Both the position numbers and the translations under genes were made by a program. Below are positions 12,613-25,558 of a DNA stretch of 64,000 bases, in pieces (the stretch's first letter is position 1; the number at the start of each line of letters is the position of its first letter). The notes under the pieces are model-generated. The model did no database searches. It had not been told where the DNA came from and saw only the letters and a program-made list of their open reading frames with translations. Origin of the DNA: Monocercomonoides exilis PA203 (taxonomy: Eukaryota; Protista; Preaxostyla); assembly GCA_001643675.2 (NCBI GenBank), contig LSRY02000030.1, positions 248,001 through 312,000 on the forward strand, in the 5' to 3' direction.

Positions 12613-14068
12613 ATGGAGAATGAACATGTCTTATTATCAAACAGAGATGGAGAGGGAAATGATTTTGATCTTGCGTTGAGACTGATGAGAGTGGAAAATA
12701 TGATGGAAGAATTAGCAAGGAGCCAGACATGGCCAATGCAGTCCGGAGTTGCGAAGATGATACCAATGAAAAAAGAGAAGAAAGAGCGACAAAGAAGAGG
12801 CAGATAGAGATCGAGCGAGTTCGAATCGGATGCAAATTTTTTTGAAGTGATCGCGAGGGGTACACAAGGAAAGCATGAGAGAGGACGTCGCACATATGGA
12901 CGAATGAAAAGACTGGAGGACGAAGATGACAGTGATTGGGCTTCGGAAGAGAAAGAGCTGTGTGAAAAGAAGGAAAGAACATAAAATTTTGCCAGAATTT
13001 TTCCCATGGAATGGCTGACTCCTCGGAGACAGGCGAGCGAGTTGAGGAAGTTCATAGAGTTTTGAAAAGCTGGCTCGATACGAACGAGCGATGTCATATG
13101 AAATGCATATATTCAGAAGAGCGAGAAGGAATTTTTCACAGGACACACGGAAACAAGTTGGATAGCACCAGCCAGAACAGCCATTACAACAAAGGGGAGA
13201 AGAGACTCACCGGAAGAGAGCCAGGAAATCAAACTCCTCCAGCCAGCTCTTGAATCGGGCTTTGAAGCAGCGAAAGCGATCTCAGCCCTAACAGCAAAGG
13301 AGCTGAAGAGAACTCACCAGTCTGAGGAGGTAAAAGAACAATTGTGAGGACTCTTTTGCGCCTATGCGCTTATTGCCGACTGTATCCGCAGAAAAAATCT
13401 ACTGAAGGTTATATCACAGTCGAGCTGGGAGAGCGCGAAAGGGTTTCTTGAAGGAGGAATGTCCAAGGAGGTGCCAGAGAATTTGAGGAAGTTGGTGGAG
13501 AGCACCTGCTTTTTTCAAGCAGAGGGAGATGCAGCAGGATACGGTGCATCTCCCGACTCCACAACAGGTTTCGGGGCTGCAACGGCCAGAAGTTGACCCC
13601 CGAAAAGATATAGTTCGAGAAGGAGCATCCAGGGATTCGAATACAGACAGCTCCAGAGAAGGGGATACGGAAGGAGCTTCACAGATTTCAGGGGAAAGAA
13701 GAGAATTCCCCAGTTCCAAGCTCAGTTCGTCGCAACCATCGCTGGGAGGCCAGTCACTATCACTGGACCTTTGCCACCAGCTCCCCCAAGGACATAAGGA
13801 GGGACAGCTGTGGAATCAACAATTGGTGCCAACAAATGGTCGCAGGAGTAAGGAGGAAGAGGGGAGAGAGAGAGTGGAGAGAGAAGAGAGAGCCGCGCTT
13901 TACCACGAGACCGAGAGAGGAGAGAGAGAATCAAATTACAGCGAAATGACTACACAACAAGAAACCGCAGCTCTTTTCGAGATGAGATCAGAGACGGAAG
14001 TGTCGAAACAATACGTGAATATCAGAGAGACTCTGAGCTCGTTAGACCAAAGGAAGAAAAGAGAATGA
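12613..14068 (+). pseudogene. DIRS ORF1 (gag-like), fragmented
   Basis: Purine-rich, charged ORF fragments upstream of RT inside the element. Assignment is by position only. Confidence 0.45.
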
Positions 14069-14152
14069 GAGACCACAGAGGGTCGTGCGATGGAGATATC
14101 GAGAGAAGATGCGTAATACGACACAACGGAAGAAAACTCAGCATATCCCCGA

Positions 14153-15870
14153 TTGACGGGACAGATGAGCGATATGAGGAACGAGAAGATAGTTAGGAGA
14201 GCTTCTGGGACTGTTATGGAGTCCCCAATTGGAAGTGCATTGGAGGAGAACTCGAAGACAGCTATTGCAGATATTCTCGAAGGAGAAGTGAATAAACAAA
14301 TGCAGTATGGCCGCAGGATACCAGAAGTGAAGAGGAGCATCGCGATTGGATTACTGAGGGAACCATTATCAGGGAGACTAGTGAACAGGATGAGCGAGTG
14401 GAAGAAGATTGGGGGAGACAAACTAGTGAGCCGTGGTATAAGAGCTCGATGGAGAAGCCCCCAGTCCCCAATCTCACTCGAGGAGAGAAAACACAAACAG
14501 GAGTTTCGGGGAACTACGGAGATGACGAGGAATTATTTATCCCTCTGGGAGGAGGAATTGAAGGACTGAGTGGTGAAGCCCATACAGGAGTCGGAGGGGA
14601 AGTGGTTCAACCCGACATTCATGTTAATAAAGAAGAACGGGAAAGTGGAGAAAGATATTAGATTGCAGGGCGCTAAACGAGGAAGTGTGGGGAAAGCATT
14701 TCAAGATGGATTCACAGGAGACAGTGGTGGAATTCCTGGAGGAGAACGATTGGATGACCACTTTGGATATATCGAGTGCATACCAACATGTCAAAGTGGA
14801 CGAGCAATTCAGTCCCTATCTGTGCTTCAGCTTTCAAAGTCAATGTTACGCTTACGTAGGGATGCCATTTGGAACGAGGGATGCTCCTAGAATATTCACG
14901 AAGATTATGAGACGGGTGGCATCATATATCAGAGAACAGTGGAAGGTAAAGCTAGTAATATACCTGGACGACATTATCCTCATGCATCCAGACAGGGATG
15001 CATTGAGATTGATCTCACAGGAGATAGCCCAGTTCCTCAGAGATCTGGGCTGGATACTGTCGGAAGAGAAACTGAAGTTGGAACCCGCAAGGAGCGTGGA
15101 GTTTCTGGGATGGGTTTGGAATTAAGAGAAGATGGAAGTGACACTCCAGGAGAGGAAGAGAGTGCTGCTCCTGGAGGATGTGCGAACTTGGATAGCACCG
15201 GCAAAGAAGAGGAGGAGACAAAAGACAAGAGACTTCGCAGCACCCCTCGGGAGGCTGAACTTCGTGAGGTCACAACACCCACCAGCGAGCTTGTGGATGA
15301 AGCGCATGCAATACGTGCTGAGGCAGGAAATAGCCCGCGGGGGCTGGAAGGGAGCGGTAATCGCCAACCCAATGATGCTGGGAGAATTAACACATTGGAG
15401 AATGATCCTGCAAGAGAACAGACCAAGGAGTCAGAAGAGAATGAACAGATTAGCAGAACTAACAACATATGCGTCAAAGCTGGGTTGGGGTGCAGTGTAA
15501 ACAATACTGGAAGAGAACAAAGAGGAGAAGATCAATGTCCACGGAAGTTGGACACTCCAGGAGAGTGCATTAGCGATTAACGAGAAGGAATCCAGAGCAG
15601 TGTTGAGGACACTAGAGAGAAAGTGAGCATGGCTGCAACAGCAGAAGATAGATCACATTCGGCTGAAGACAGACAACATGTCCACGAGACGGACAATACA
15701 GAAGAAAAGGGGAGCTTCATCGCTCATTCCAACACTGAGAGCATTGGAGAAGAAACTGAATAGCCTGGACATGACAATACAGACGGAGGACATCCAGGGA
15801 GAACAGAACACGGAAGCGGATGCACTCAGCCGGATGGCGAAAAAGCCGGACTACGCATCGAGGGGGGAGA
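14153..15870 (+). pseudogene. DIRS reverse transcriptase-RNase H (pol), with stops and frameshifts
   Basis: GRLVNRMSEW; WFNPTFMLIKKNGK; HFKMD..TTLDISSAYQHV..YVGMPFG..APRIFTKIM..VIYLDDIIL..VEFLGWVWN; RNase H TYASKLGWGA, LKTDN, GEQNTEADALSR. Confidence 0.92.
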
Positions 15871-16250
15871 AAGTCGCAGAGATATTGCAAATAGTCGCAC
15901 CAAGAATACAAGATACAATATCAGAACAGATTGCGCCGGTGCCCTGCGGAAGTACTTGGAGACTATCCTCCGTGAGAAGGAAGAGAGAGAAAGACATGCC
16001 AGGAGACGAGATAGTGCTAGTTCGTTATTAAGAAACATTGGACGGACCATGAAGGAGATGAGAAAGAAAGGAAGGAAATTACTACCATAAGAAGTCATCA
16101 GGATTAGACTGGAGAGGGGAATATCAAAGAAGGGACCTCTTTTAAGATTGGGGAGAATACGTTGGAGCAAAGGACATAGCAGCAGCAATTCTGAAAAATC
16201 AGAATAGTGAAAGAGATACGTGGAGAGCACTGCGAAGATTTAAACAATTC

Positions 16251-17030
16251 TTGGATAGAGAGAGCATGGATGACACCGACCACCTCACATCCAGAGATAC
16301 CAAATGGATTATGGCAGAGTTCACTGAAACGCTTTCAAATACTAACCTGTCAAGAAAAGTGATTAATCAGACGATTGATGGGATGGATATAGAAATATTT
16401 CTTAACACTAATGTTGGAGAGAATCCGAGAAGGGACAAGCAATATAAATCGATAAGGGACTTGACTATTATCACGAAATGGGCTGAAACCACCTACGACG
16501 CAAAGGATATGCGAACACTCCAAAGGAGAGCCCTCATCCTCACTATGATATTTGGTGCTTTAAGGCCAGCAGAGCTGGAGAGATAGAGAAGTGAGGCGAA
16601 GATATTTAAAGATAATACAATCCTCAAACAAGCACAAACCAAGACTTCGGGAGGTGAGGTGATCAAAGTTATAATAAATAAACATCCGAACCCACTTATC
16701 GAAGCAGTTGTGGCTCTCCAACGTTAGATGGAGTTAACAAAGACGACGTTTCAGTGTGAACAGGTGTGGTTTGACATAGAAGGGAGAAGAACTGCTAATT
16801 TGCAGAGAATCAAAGAAGAATTAGTGGCTGTCCTGAGAGAGAACGGAATACCCGACACATTTACCGCGTACTCGATAAGACACGCTGTGATAACACACCA
16901 AGCAAGACAACAAGAGGCAGATTGGAAAGCAATCAATGCGGTTGCGAGATGGGCGCCAGGTTCTTGAGTAGCCCAGAAGTATTACACAGTGCTTTCGGTT
17001 CAAGACACAAATTGGATCCTGGAGACAATC
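16251..17030 (+). pseudogene. DIRS tyrosine recombinase, fragmented
   Basis: IFGALRPAELER (catalytic R), QTKT, TAYSIRHA (HxxR-like), ARWAPGS*VAQKYY (W...Y nucleophile region). Confidence 0.82.
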
Positions 17031-17631
17031 AGCGGACCAGCACCCCATGCAGGAAAGTGAAACAAGTCAGAGAAGGACAGCGAGAGAGAGAGGGTATAAG
17101 GGATGAGAAGACAATATCAGGAATTAAGGAATACACAGGAGAGAATTCACAAGCTGGGTGAAAAGAAGATCTGAGGAAGGAGAAAGCGGTCAAAGAAATG
17201 AGACTTTTAGCTTTGAGAAGAGAGAAATCAAAGACAAAAAACTTGTTCACAGAACTCCTCATCCCGACCACCCTAGCATCGGAGAACACCACTCATAATT
17301 CCAAGCAGCGTAAGCTGGCTGACTGGAAGCAAACACACTGTCTCACAAAGAAAGAAGGGCACAGACAGGAGGAAGTGTGATGTGAGAAGTCTAGGCCAGA
17401 GGATAAAGAACCGAAAAGAAACGAATTCCCGGAAATGAATGTCTCAAAAGCACGCCGAGAAAGAAAAGGAGAAGAGCAAGGTGCCGCACCTTCACCCGCA
17501 CGCTCTCAACTCATCCGCCGCACGAAGACGTGCTAGACAGGAGGGTTTAAGATTATCACCAATAAATAAATAAATAAATATAAAATTTAATAAGAATAAA
17601 AATGCAACAAAAGGGCTTTCAAGACTCATTG

Positions 17632-17720
17632 TTGAAGAGGAAACCTGCTCTTTGCGTTCGTATATTCGCTCTATTTCGAATTAATTTATACGCAGTGAGA
17701 CAGGTTTGCTCCGAGATAAT
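17632..17720. repeat. DIRS internal complementary region (ICR)
   Basis: 17632-17682 is the diverged reverse complement of 12471-12521 (e.g. ctctatttcgaatt vs aattcgcaatagag). 17690-17720 (acgcagtgagacaggtttgctccgagataat) is the near reverse complement of 18337-18367. Confidence 0.8.
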
Positions 17721-18586
17721 AGGAATGCGGATGGAGAGACTCAAAGCGGCTGGATGCGAGGAAGAGCGACATGCCTGTTAGAAGATGACAAGAAAAAGGG
17801 CGAGACAGCGAAGGAGAGAAGTAAAGAGTAACCGCCTAGAAAGATTTGGGGCACCCAAAACCTGTATTGAGAAACATGGAATGAATAAGAAGTTTTAAGA
17901 ATAATCCTTCTCCTTTAATCGTTATCGTATAAGTTGCAAAGAGAAGAGTCAGACTAGCCCTCAAAGTGCGTTGGGTGGATTTGCTCTGCTGATGCAGCAG
18001 AAGAGCGGGAGGCAGAGCACATCACATGCAGTTTTCTTTTCCACGCCTCGTGGAAGCGAGAGTGGTTTTTCTTTCTGCTCCGTTTCAGAACACTCGCCTC
18101 ACCGGATCCATGCACTGACTGCAGGAGAAAGCTCCGAGGGGCAACGTCCCCTGCCCTCTGGTCTTCGTGACCAATGCGAAAAGGCGAAGTCGGTGGTGAA
18201 GTGAAGCGGACAAAGCATTATTTATTTACTTAATTTTTAATGTTATTGTTTTGAATTTTTTCTCGCCATTTTTTCCACATCATTTGGGAGGGCGATGTTT
18301 TCACTCTAACCACACATAATTCAAGATCAAGACTCATTATTTCGGAGCAAATCCTGTCTCACTGCGTTCTATCAATTCTCAAGTTGCTTCTCTCACAGAA
18401 TGCCGCTCATTCACAATTTCTCCTTCCAAATGTCTTTCCACGTTGCATCTGTAAATTAAAAATTGCTATGCAGACTGATAGGCAAGTTTTGAAAGGTTGT
18501 GCTATTCCTGATTATTCATTATAATCTCTTTGATTTCATTCAAAAAAAATTTTCTTTCAACAAACTCACAAAAAAAGAAATGTCTT

Positions 18587-18817
18587 AATTTTTTTGAAAA
18601 GTTCTTTTTGTTTAATTTTCAAATTTAATAAAATTTTCATATTTTCATCAATTTTTTGTTCCCACGTTTTAAACTTCTATAAAATGAAAATAAAAACATT
18701 GTTGAGGTTTTGATATCCAATTAAGGAAAGTTTAATCCGTGGGAACAAAAAACTGATAAAAATATGAAAATTTTATTATATTTGTAAATTAAACAAAAGG
18801 AACTTTTCTAAAAAATT
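18587..18817. repeat. Palindromic MITE-like element (~95-bp imperfect arms)
   Basis: aaaagttctttttgtttaattt..ttgttcccacg versus cgtgggaacaa..aaattaaacaaaaggaactttt. It lies beside a truncated gene; no TSD identified. Confidence 0.75.
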
Positions 18818-18864
18818 CACCCAAATGATAAAACAATTAAATAAATTATAGAAGAGAAACAACT

Positions 18865-19410
18865 TCAAACCGCATGTTCTCCTACACAGCTCAATGCTAG
18901 TAAAGCCACTTTAACTTCTTTGTGTGCCTCCTCGATTTTCTCTTTCCTCATTGAAACTTTCAGAAGAAAGAGTACACTTATTGGAAGAAATTCTTCGTGA
19001 ATTTCATATTTGTGAAGCAATAAGAAGCACTCGCTAGGATCAATTAGAAGCTTTTCGTTCTTTTTTTCCTTTTTCTGTTCTTCTTCAATTATTACCGCGT
19101 CCATTCTTTTATTCAATGAAGAATCAAAAAAGGAACTGCATGGCTTGTTTTTCACTTTGCAACAACCAATATGCTTCAGAAACAAAAGTTTATTTCCCCA
19201 AGCCAATCTTTTTTCATCAGCCATGCTATCAATTTTGTTAAACATACCTGTAGTGAAAATAGAGCCAAATTCTTTTTTTTCCTTCTCTTCTATCAATTCG
19301 TTCAATTCTTCGTCTTTTCGTATCTGTTCATCATCTTTGCAATTTTCAAATTCTAAAAACAATTCTACCGAAACAAAGCCAATGAATGAAGCAATGTTCC
19401 CTTTGAAAAA
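18865..19410 (-). pseudogene. 5' fragment of the oxymonad-type helical-repeat protein family
   Basis: LKHIGCCK..IIEEEQKKEKKNEKLLIDPSEC..LLKVSMRKE..EVKVALLALS. Ends at the family intron position; the downstream exon is absent. Confidence 0.7.
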
Positions 19411-21633
19411 ATGAAGGTTAAAATTGACGTACTGGAAAATTTATTTCCAAGGTTCACATTCTTATCTTTCTCCTTCGATTTTTCATCAGCATAAACATTC
19501 ATTCTCTTCAACTGAATAACATGATTTGTTGAAGCAACCCTTCAATAAACAAATTAAGCAATAAATCAAACATGTTTGATAATCTCACATAAAGAAAAGG
19601 ATCAGCATCAACACTGATTGCTTTTGCTATTAAAAATAGATGAAATAAATAAAAAAATGGAGAAGCCACTGGGATATGCTGTGAAATTTAGAAATCGATT
19701 TTTCTTGTTTTTTATTGATCGAACCAAAAGATAATTTGAATGATGTGAATTTTTCAAAATTCATTTTCTTTTTGAATAAGATATATTTGGTACTTTATAG
19801 AAATATTTTCTGGAACAAAATGGAGTTTTCCCAAAGAGAGAAGAGAAGCAATCAGACAAAATTGTTGAAGAAAAAAAATTTGAAGCTTTTTTTTTAACTA
19901 AGAAGATTCAGAGTGGAAGCAAGGACGAATAGTGTTTGTGAACTGGAAATATTTTTTGATAATATATTAATTTTGATTTCATACAATAAGAACATGAATC
20001 TGTTGTTCGTTTTTGAAATGATAATCATGAAATTGGAAAGATAATATGAAACAAAAGAGTTGGCTTTTCCATACAGAAAAATACAGAACAGAAATTAACC
20101 TTACGTTAAAGAACAACAATAAGCGTTTCAGGGCAAAACTGGCATTTTGAAAAGTTTTTTTCGTAAAATCAATGAAGGGAAACTTCAATGTTCATGCTCG
20201 ATAATTAAGTCTTTTCATTTTTAATGCAACAACCGACTTCCGTTCATTTATAAACCACGTATTTGTGTAATTTGCTTCAGAAGCTGTTTTCCTTCTGTTG
20301 AAGATTGAAAGAGAAACACGGACAAGATCATGCTTCAGCTTAGATTCATTCAGAAAACAAGCAAACAAGTCATTTTTTTCTCCTGTTTCTGGTGCAGAGG
20401 ATGCGATTTATATGGAAAATGCAGAGATGCTAATTCAGTTACCGGTTGATCAGAATGAAGAGAAAGCCGAATTTCAATTTGAATTATTCAACGAGAATTC
20501 TTTTTGAAAAAAAGCACCATTTCTCGAAAAGACCAAAAACGCATTTTCGCATTTTTTTTGTCGAATGCGCCAGGGTGCAATTTCACATGGAAATGATTGC
20601 GCAATCGTTCAGACGCCTCAGAAATCCATCATTTTTCTGTTATCATTGCTGCTTCCAGTATTATTTCTTCTTTCTTCATAAATTCTGTGCTGTTATATGC
20701 AGAAAGTATTGCGTGCAGCAATGTTGACATTGCTGACTTGTCGGTTGCAATGGAAAAATTGAAATGATCATTGAGAAAACACTTCCGGTATAAAAAGAGG
20801 TTGATTTGTCAAAGATTGCCAAGTGTTGTGTACTTTTATCATTAATTTCTCATTCGGTATTCATTCATAGAGTTAAGGTTGCTTGCGCATGTGGCAATGA
20901 TTTTTATTGTAACTTTATTCAGGTATTTTTGTGGATGGACAGAAATTGTATTATGCAATGGCACAATTTAGTTGAGAAGGACAAGCGCAGACAAAGTTGG
21001 CTAAGGAAGAAATTGAATGCTGCAATTGTGAAAAGAGGTTTGTTTGTTTGTTGTAAAATTTATTTTCAAAATGAATTTTTATATAATTATGGTAGCTTTG
21101 TTTTGTTATTTAAAAGAGAAAAGCGAATGAAATGGAGGAAAAATACACATAGGATATTTTTTGTTGTTTGGTTCATTATTTTTTCAAACATAAATAAAAA
21201 GGGAATAATTTTTCTTTTTTCATTTTATTTAGTTCATTTGATATCTCATTGAATCAATGCAATTTTTGATTCTAGTTGCGTGAGCTTTATTCAATCGGAT
21301 TTATTTCATTTCGGAAAGCGAACAAATTTCTTGATGAAAGCGGCATCTGCCTTTGAAGAAATTAGATATTTCTGAATGTGTGTCTGTCTTCGCTTCTTTT
21401 GTCTTTCATTTCTTTCTAAAACCACATATAATTACAATATTTTTCAAAAATTGGTTTTTCTTTTTTCTGTTTTCTTTTTTCTTTCATTTTTATTTAATTT
21501 TCATACAAAAGGAGGAAAAGAAATTAGGGAATGTTTTGTTCTTCTTCCAACACTAATTCTAATACTACTACTACTTCAACTTCTTCTTCTGCTTCAAATT
21601 CTTTTTCAAATTCTTCTCGATGTTATATCAATT

Positions 21634-21793
21634 TTCTTCTTCTTCTTCTTCTCCTTCTCCTTCTCCTTCTCCTTCTCCTTCTTCTTCTTCTTCTCCTTCT
21701 CCTTCTCCTTCTCCTTCTCCTTCTCCTTCTCCTTCTCCTTCTCCTTCTCCTTCTCCTTCTCCTTCTTCTGCTTCTCTTCTTCCTTCTCCTTCT
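21634..21793. repeat. (TTC)n/(TTCTCC)n compound microsatellite
   Basis: Direct reading; it would encode an EK-repeat on the minus strand. Confidence 0.95.
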
Positions 21794-22409
21794 AATTCAT
21801 TTTTTCATTTGATATATTTATTTGCTCTTCTTTTATCAATTTCATATGAATCTTGGTATTTCCATATTTCTTTTATATCTTCGACCGAGATGAGGAATGG
21901 CTAACAGAAAAAAAGAACATTTTCGAATATGTAAAAAAATGTTATTATTTTTTTTTCTTTGGTTTATTGAAGAAGAAGTGGTTGAAATGAAATTTGGATA
22001 ATTGGATAAACATTTGATGGAAAGATGAGTTGACAGATTATATCTTTGAGAGGAAGAATCTGTTAAAGAAGAAGAAGAGGAAAAAGATAGATTTCATGAG
22101 AACAGGATTTTTTCCTCCACACAAATGTTTGAAGCATTTTATTGAAATTTTCTGTTTAGCTTTTATTGATCTGAAAATTTTTATCACTCTCGAAATGGTT
22201 TATCCTTTATTTATTTATTTTTAATAATTTTTTTTTTTCATTTTGATGAAGTGAATAAAAGATATTGAAAAAATAACTCAGTTGTTTGCTAAATAGCGAA
22301 ATGAACATAAAAAAGAAAAAAATGAAAATCTGGAGTTACAAAATGCAATGCATTTTCTCAAACAATCCCAAAATAGTCAGAAATATTCAATTATTACATA
22401 TAAAAGTCA

Positions 22410-23770
22410 TTATCTTTGCAAATACTCAAAAGGCTCATGAAAGCTTATAAAGATGTCTTCGTATCCTTCTTCTTCCATCTTTTCAAGCAACTTCATTATG
22501 ATTACTTGTCTTTTCGCTTCTTCCATTTCATCATTCGCCTCTTCTTCCTTTTCACCATCCTCTGCTTCCATATCATCATCCGTCTTTCCTTTCATTCGTT
22601 TTAAAATAAAACAGAAAAATCCAGAGATTTCATCAGTTAAATGCATATTCAACGTTGGCCTCAGCATCTCCTCCAAAACAGCATCAATAGCTCCTCCTTT
22701 TAACAAGAAATCAACATATAAGGCTCCTTTAATTGTTATTTTCTCAAATAAATATAAACATTCCTTGCATATTTTTCTGTAATTATCCTTTGCCGCTTGA
22801 ATTAATTTCACAGCACTTCTGATAAACCCAATATATTCTTCGTTCCTCGATTTGCAACAGTGAAAATAATGGTCTTCAACTTCAAGCCATCTCATCAAAA
22901 CAAGCTCTTCTTTCGTTTCTTTTTCTCTATCCTCTTCTTTCTCTCTCTTCCAATCCACACATTTCATCATCTCTTCCAATTCTCTTCCTGCTTCTCTCGC
23001 AAAATGCAGCTCATTTGCAATGACTTCTTTCAACCCTTCGTCTTTGTCCAATCTGTAGATCAAAAACTGCCAAGCTGATTGATAGGCAATAAGGGTCAGG
23101 TTATGATGCTCTTGATGATATTTTATGATCTCTTTGGTTTCATTCAAAAAAAGTTCTCTTTTCACTTCCTATGTGAAAAGAATGGGGGAAAAAATTAATA
23201 AAACCAAAAAATAAAAAAGAAGTGCTCATACATATATTCTGGGAATGTTGCTCAATGTCAGAAAAGCCATTTCGGCTTCTGCTTTTGTTTCCTCTTCTTC
23301 TTCTTTGTTCAACGCAGATTTCAAAAGACATGGCACGCACATTGGATATGGATCCAAAGAACACAGGTCGTCAAGCAAAAATAAGCACTCGTAAAGATCA
23401 GTTAGAAGCTTTTCATTCTTTTCTTCTTTTTCCTTTTCCTCTTTAATAATCATCTTCTCAAATCTTTTGCTCAATAAAGATTTTCTATATCCATAAATAG
23501 GCATATGTTTCAACGCATTCCAAAATCCAACATGCTTCAGCAACAGAATTGCATTCTCCAAAGTCAGTTTCTTTTCTTCAATCATTTTTCGAATTTTGTT
23601 AAATATTTCAACATTGAAAATAGAACTCAACTCTTTTTTATTCATTCTATCAATCATTTCATTTATTTCAATGATTGTTTGTTTCTGCTCGGATTCAGCA
23701 GAATTCATCAGTTGAGAGAGTTTCTCTGAAAAAAATTGAAAATTATAAAATAAATAAAAATACATCATTT
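22410..23770 (-). CDS. Oxymonad-type helical-repeat (ARM-like) hypothetical protein, spliced
   Basis: ORFs 23226-23852 and 22410-23165 join in frame through a 63-nt GT-AG intron (23231-23169). Family motifs EEKNEKLLTDLYEC, MCVPCLLK, YHQEHHNLTLIAYQSAWQFL, EKMEEEGYED. The start codon is uncertain. Confidence 0.75.
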
Positions 23771-25509
23771 GTTCATTCAACCATTCATCACTTATAAAAA
23801 TATTGCAAACTCTGTAAAATTTGAAATTTTGAAGTTGTCTGTGCAAATGCAAAATGAAACCAAAAATAACAAATAAATTCGTTTTTCCAATTTGTTGCGT
23901 GAAATTCGCATCAAAAGAATTAAAAACAATAAATCAAATGTTCATTAACACAGGATTCCAAACCTCTTTTTCCATCAATGACTTTTGCCTCAAAACAAGC
24001 AAATCAGAGAAAAAAATATTCTCCTTTTTGATTTAATAAATAAGGGTGGCTAACCTCTAATTTTATATCAGATGATTTTTTATTGGTGATTTGCAGCAGC
24101 CTGAGCGTATTTGAGTGCTAAGACCTGCGGCCTCAGATGAATCCTTGCAAGTTATAGCACTGCAGAAGAACAGGGATTTAACCTTCAAATGGAGGAGTGA
24201 GTGGCTGTTGCATCGATTGCTTGCGAGAAGTGAATTTGTGGGGGAAAATTACATGAAATATGAACTTGGTTATATATTGCAAAACATATGGTGCAACATC
24301 GGCTGCTATATTTTGAATGAAAAATAACTCAAGCAAGATGCAGAAAAAGCGAGCAGAATGTCAGAAAGATTGAATTGAACCACTTGTTCATTTCGAGGGA
24401 AATATGTTTCACTTGGCATATCGTTTGAGTGGGACTTGTTTTGTGTGATTTTTTATCGGGAGATTGGTTTCGTGGAAAAGGAAAGGGAATTGGGGGTTCG
24501 AAGAATGGAGGAAGCGAGCAGAATGAAGCACTCAGCAGGCCTCAACAACAATCGCATTTGCCTTTTGCACGAATCCTGCAGAAATGCCATCAGCAAAAAC
24601 ATGGCGTTGAATAAGTCTTTGAAAAGGAGTTCATTACTTTATCATTTTGATAATATAATCTTTCAGTTGCATCATTATCGGTTTCATAAAGGATTTTCTG
24701 CTTTCGATGATGTTCTTTGCCAACCATTTGTTGTCTGGTTGTCTGTTTTTTTATGTGGTGAAAGGCAATTTTGGAGAGCAAAAAAGCCAGCTGGGCTGAT
24801 AATTACTAATCCATTGGAAATAGGAAAATATTTCAAGGCCAAAAAGATGGTTTGACTTTTTTTGTTTTGTTCATTTTTCTTTTAAGATGTTCTTTGAATG
24901 AATACAGATTGGTCATGAACAGGAATGCCATGGAAAGAAGCCATTTTATCCTTTTTCAAAAGATTCAGAAGTTTGGAAATTAATCTCGTTTGGATTGCAT
25001 TCAGCGTGATATTCGTGTCTTCCGCCATCTGTTATGCATGCTGCATAGCCAAACAATGCTTAACATGAGCTTGAAAGAGAGAAAAAGCAGTTTGCTTGGC
25101 TCATTTGTTGAGAGCGTTTGGAAGAAGAAACTCTTTCTTTGGAGCTGATAATCTGGCTGGGCATTCACATTCAGAGCACATTCAGTTTTTTCAAGTGATT
25201 CATCGTTCTTCTTCATCACTTTCAAGAATTGTTTGATGGAACCAGCCATTTTGATGCTTTGATGGTAAGATTCGCTATTCTGGAGAAGTGTACAGAATTG
25301 AATGAAGTTTGAAAGAATTCTAGAAAATTTGAATTGGAATCAAAAATTGGAGCATTTCGAAAAGGGAAAGAGGAAGGAGGGAAGATGAGGAGATGAGGAG
25401 ATGAACCGGAACATAATGAAAAATGATGTAAACAAGAAAAGCAGAATAAAAGAAGAAGAAAGAGAAGAGAGAGCGAGAACCGAACAATTCTGGGAGAGAG
25501 TCATGCTTT

Positions 25510-25511
<2 letters not shown>

Positions 25512-25555
<44 letters not shown>
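25512..25555. repeat. (GA)22 microsatellite
   Basis: Direct reading. Confidence 0.95.

Positions 25556-25558
<3 letters not shown>

Larger units (their letters stand above)
12471..18377 (+). mobile_element. DIRS-type tyrosine-recombinase retrotransposon, apparently full length but decayed
   Basis: Gag-like, RT, RNase H and YR ORF pieces in order. The internal complementary region (17632-17720) matches both termini in inverted orientation. Both ends carry AATT. Confidence 0.88.

Noticed and set aside
21376-21904. Poly-L, SP-repeat and FS-repeat ORFs
   Set aside because: Artefacts of the TTC/TTCTCC microsatellite.
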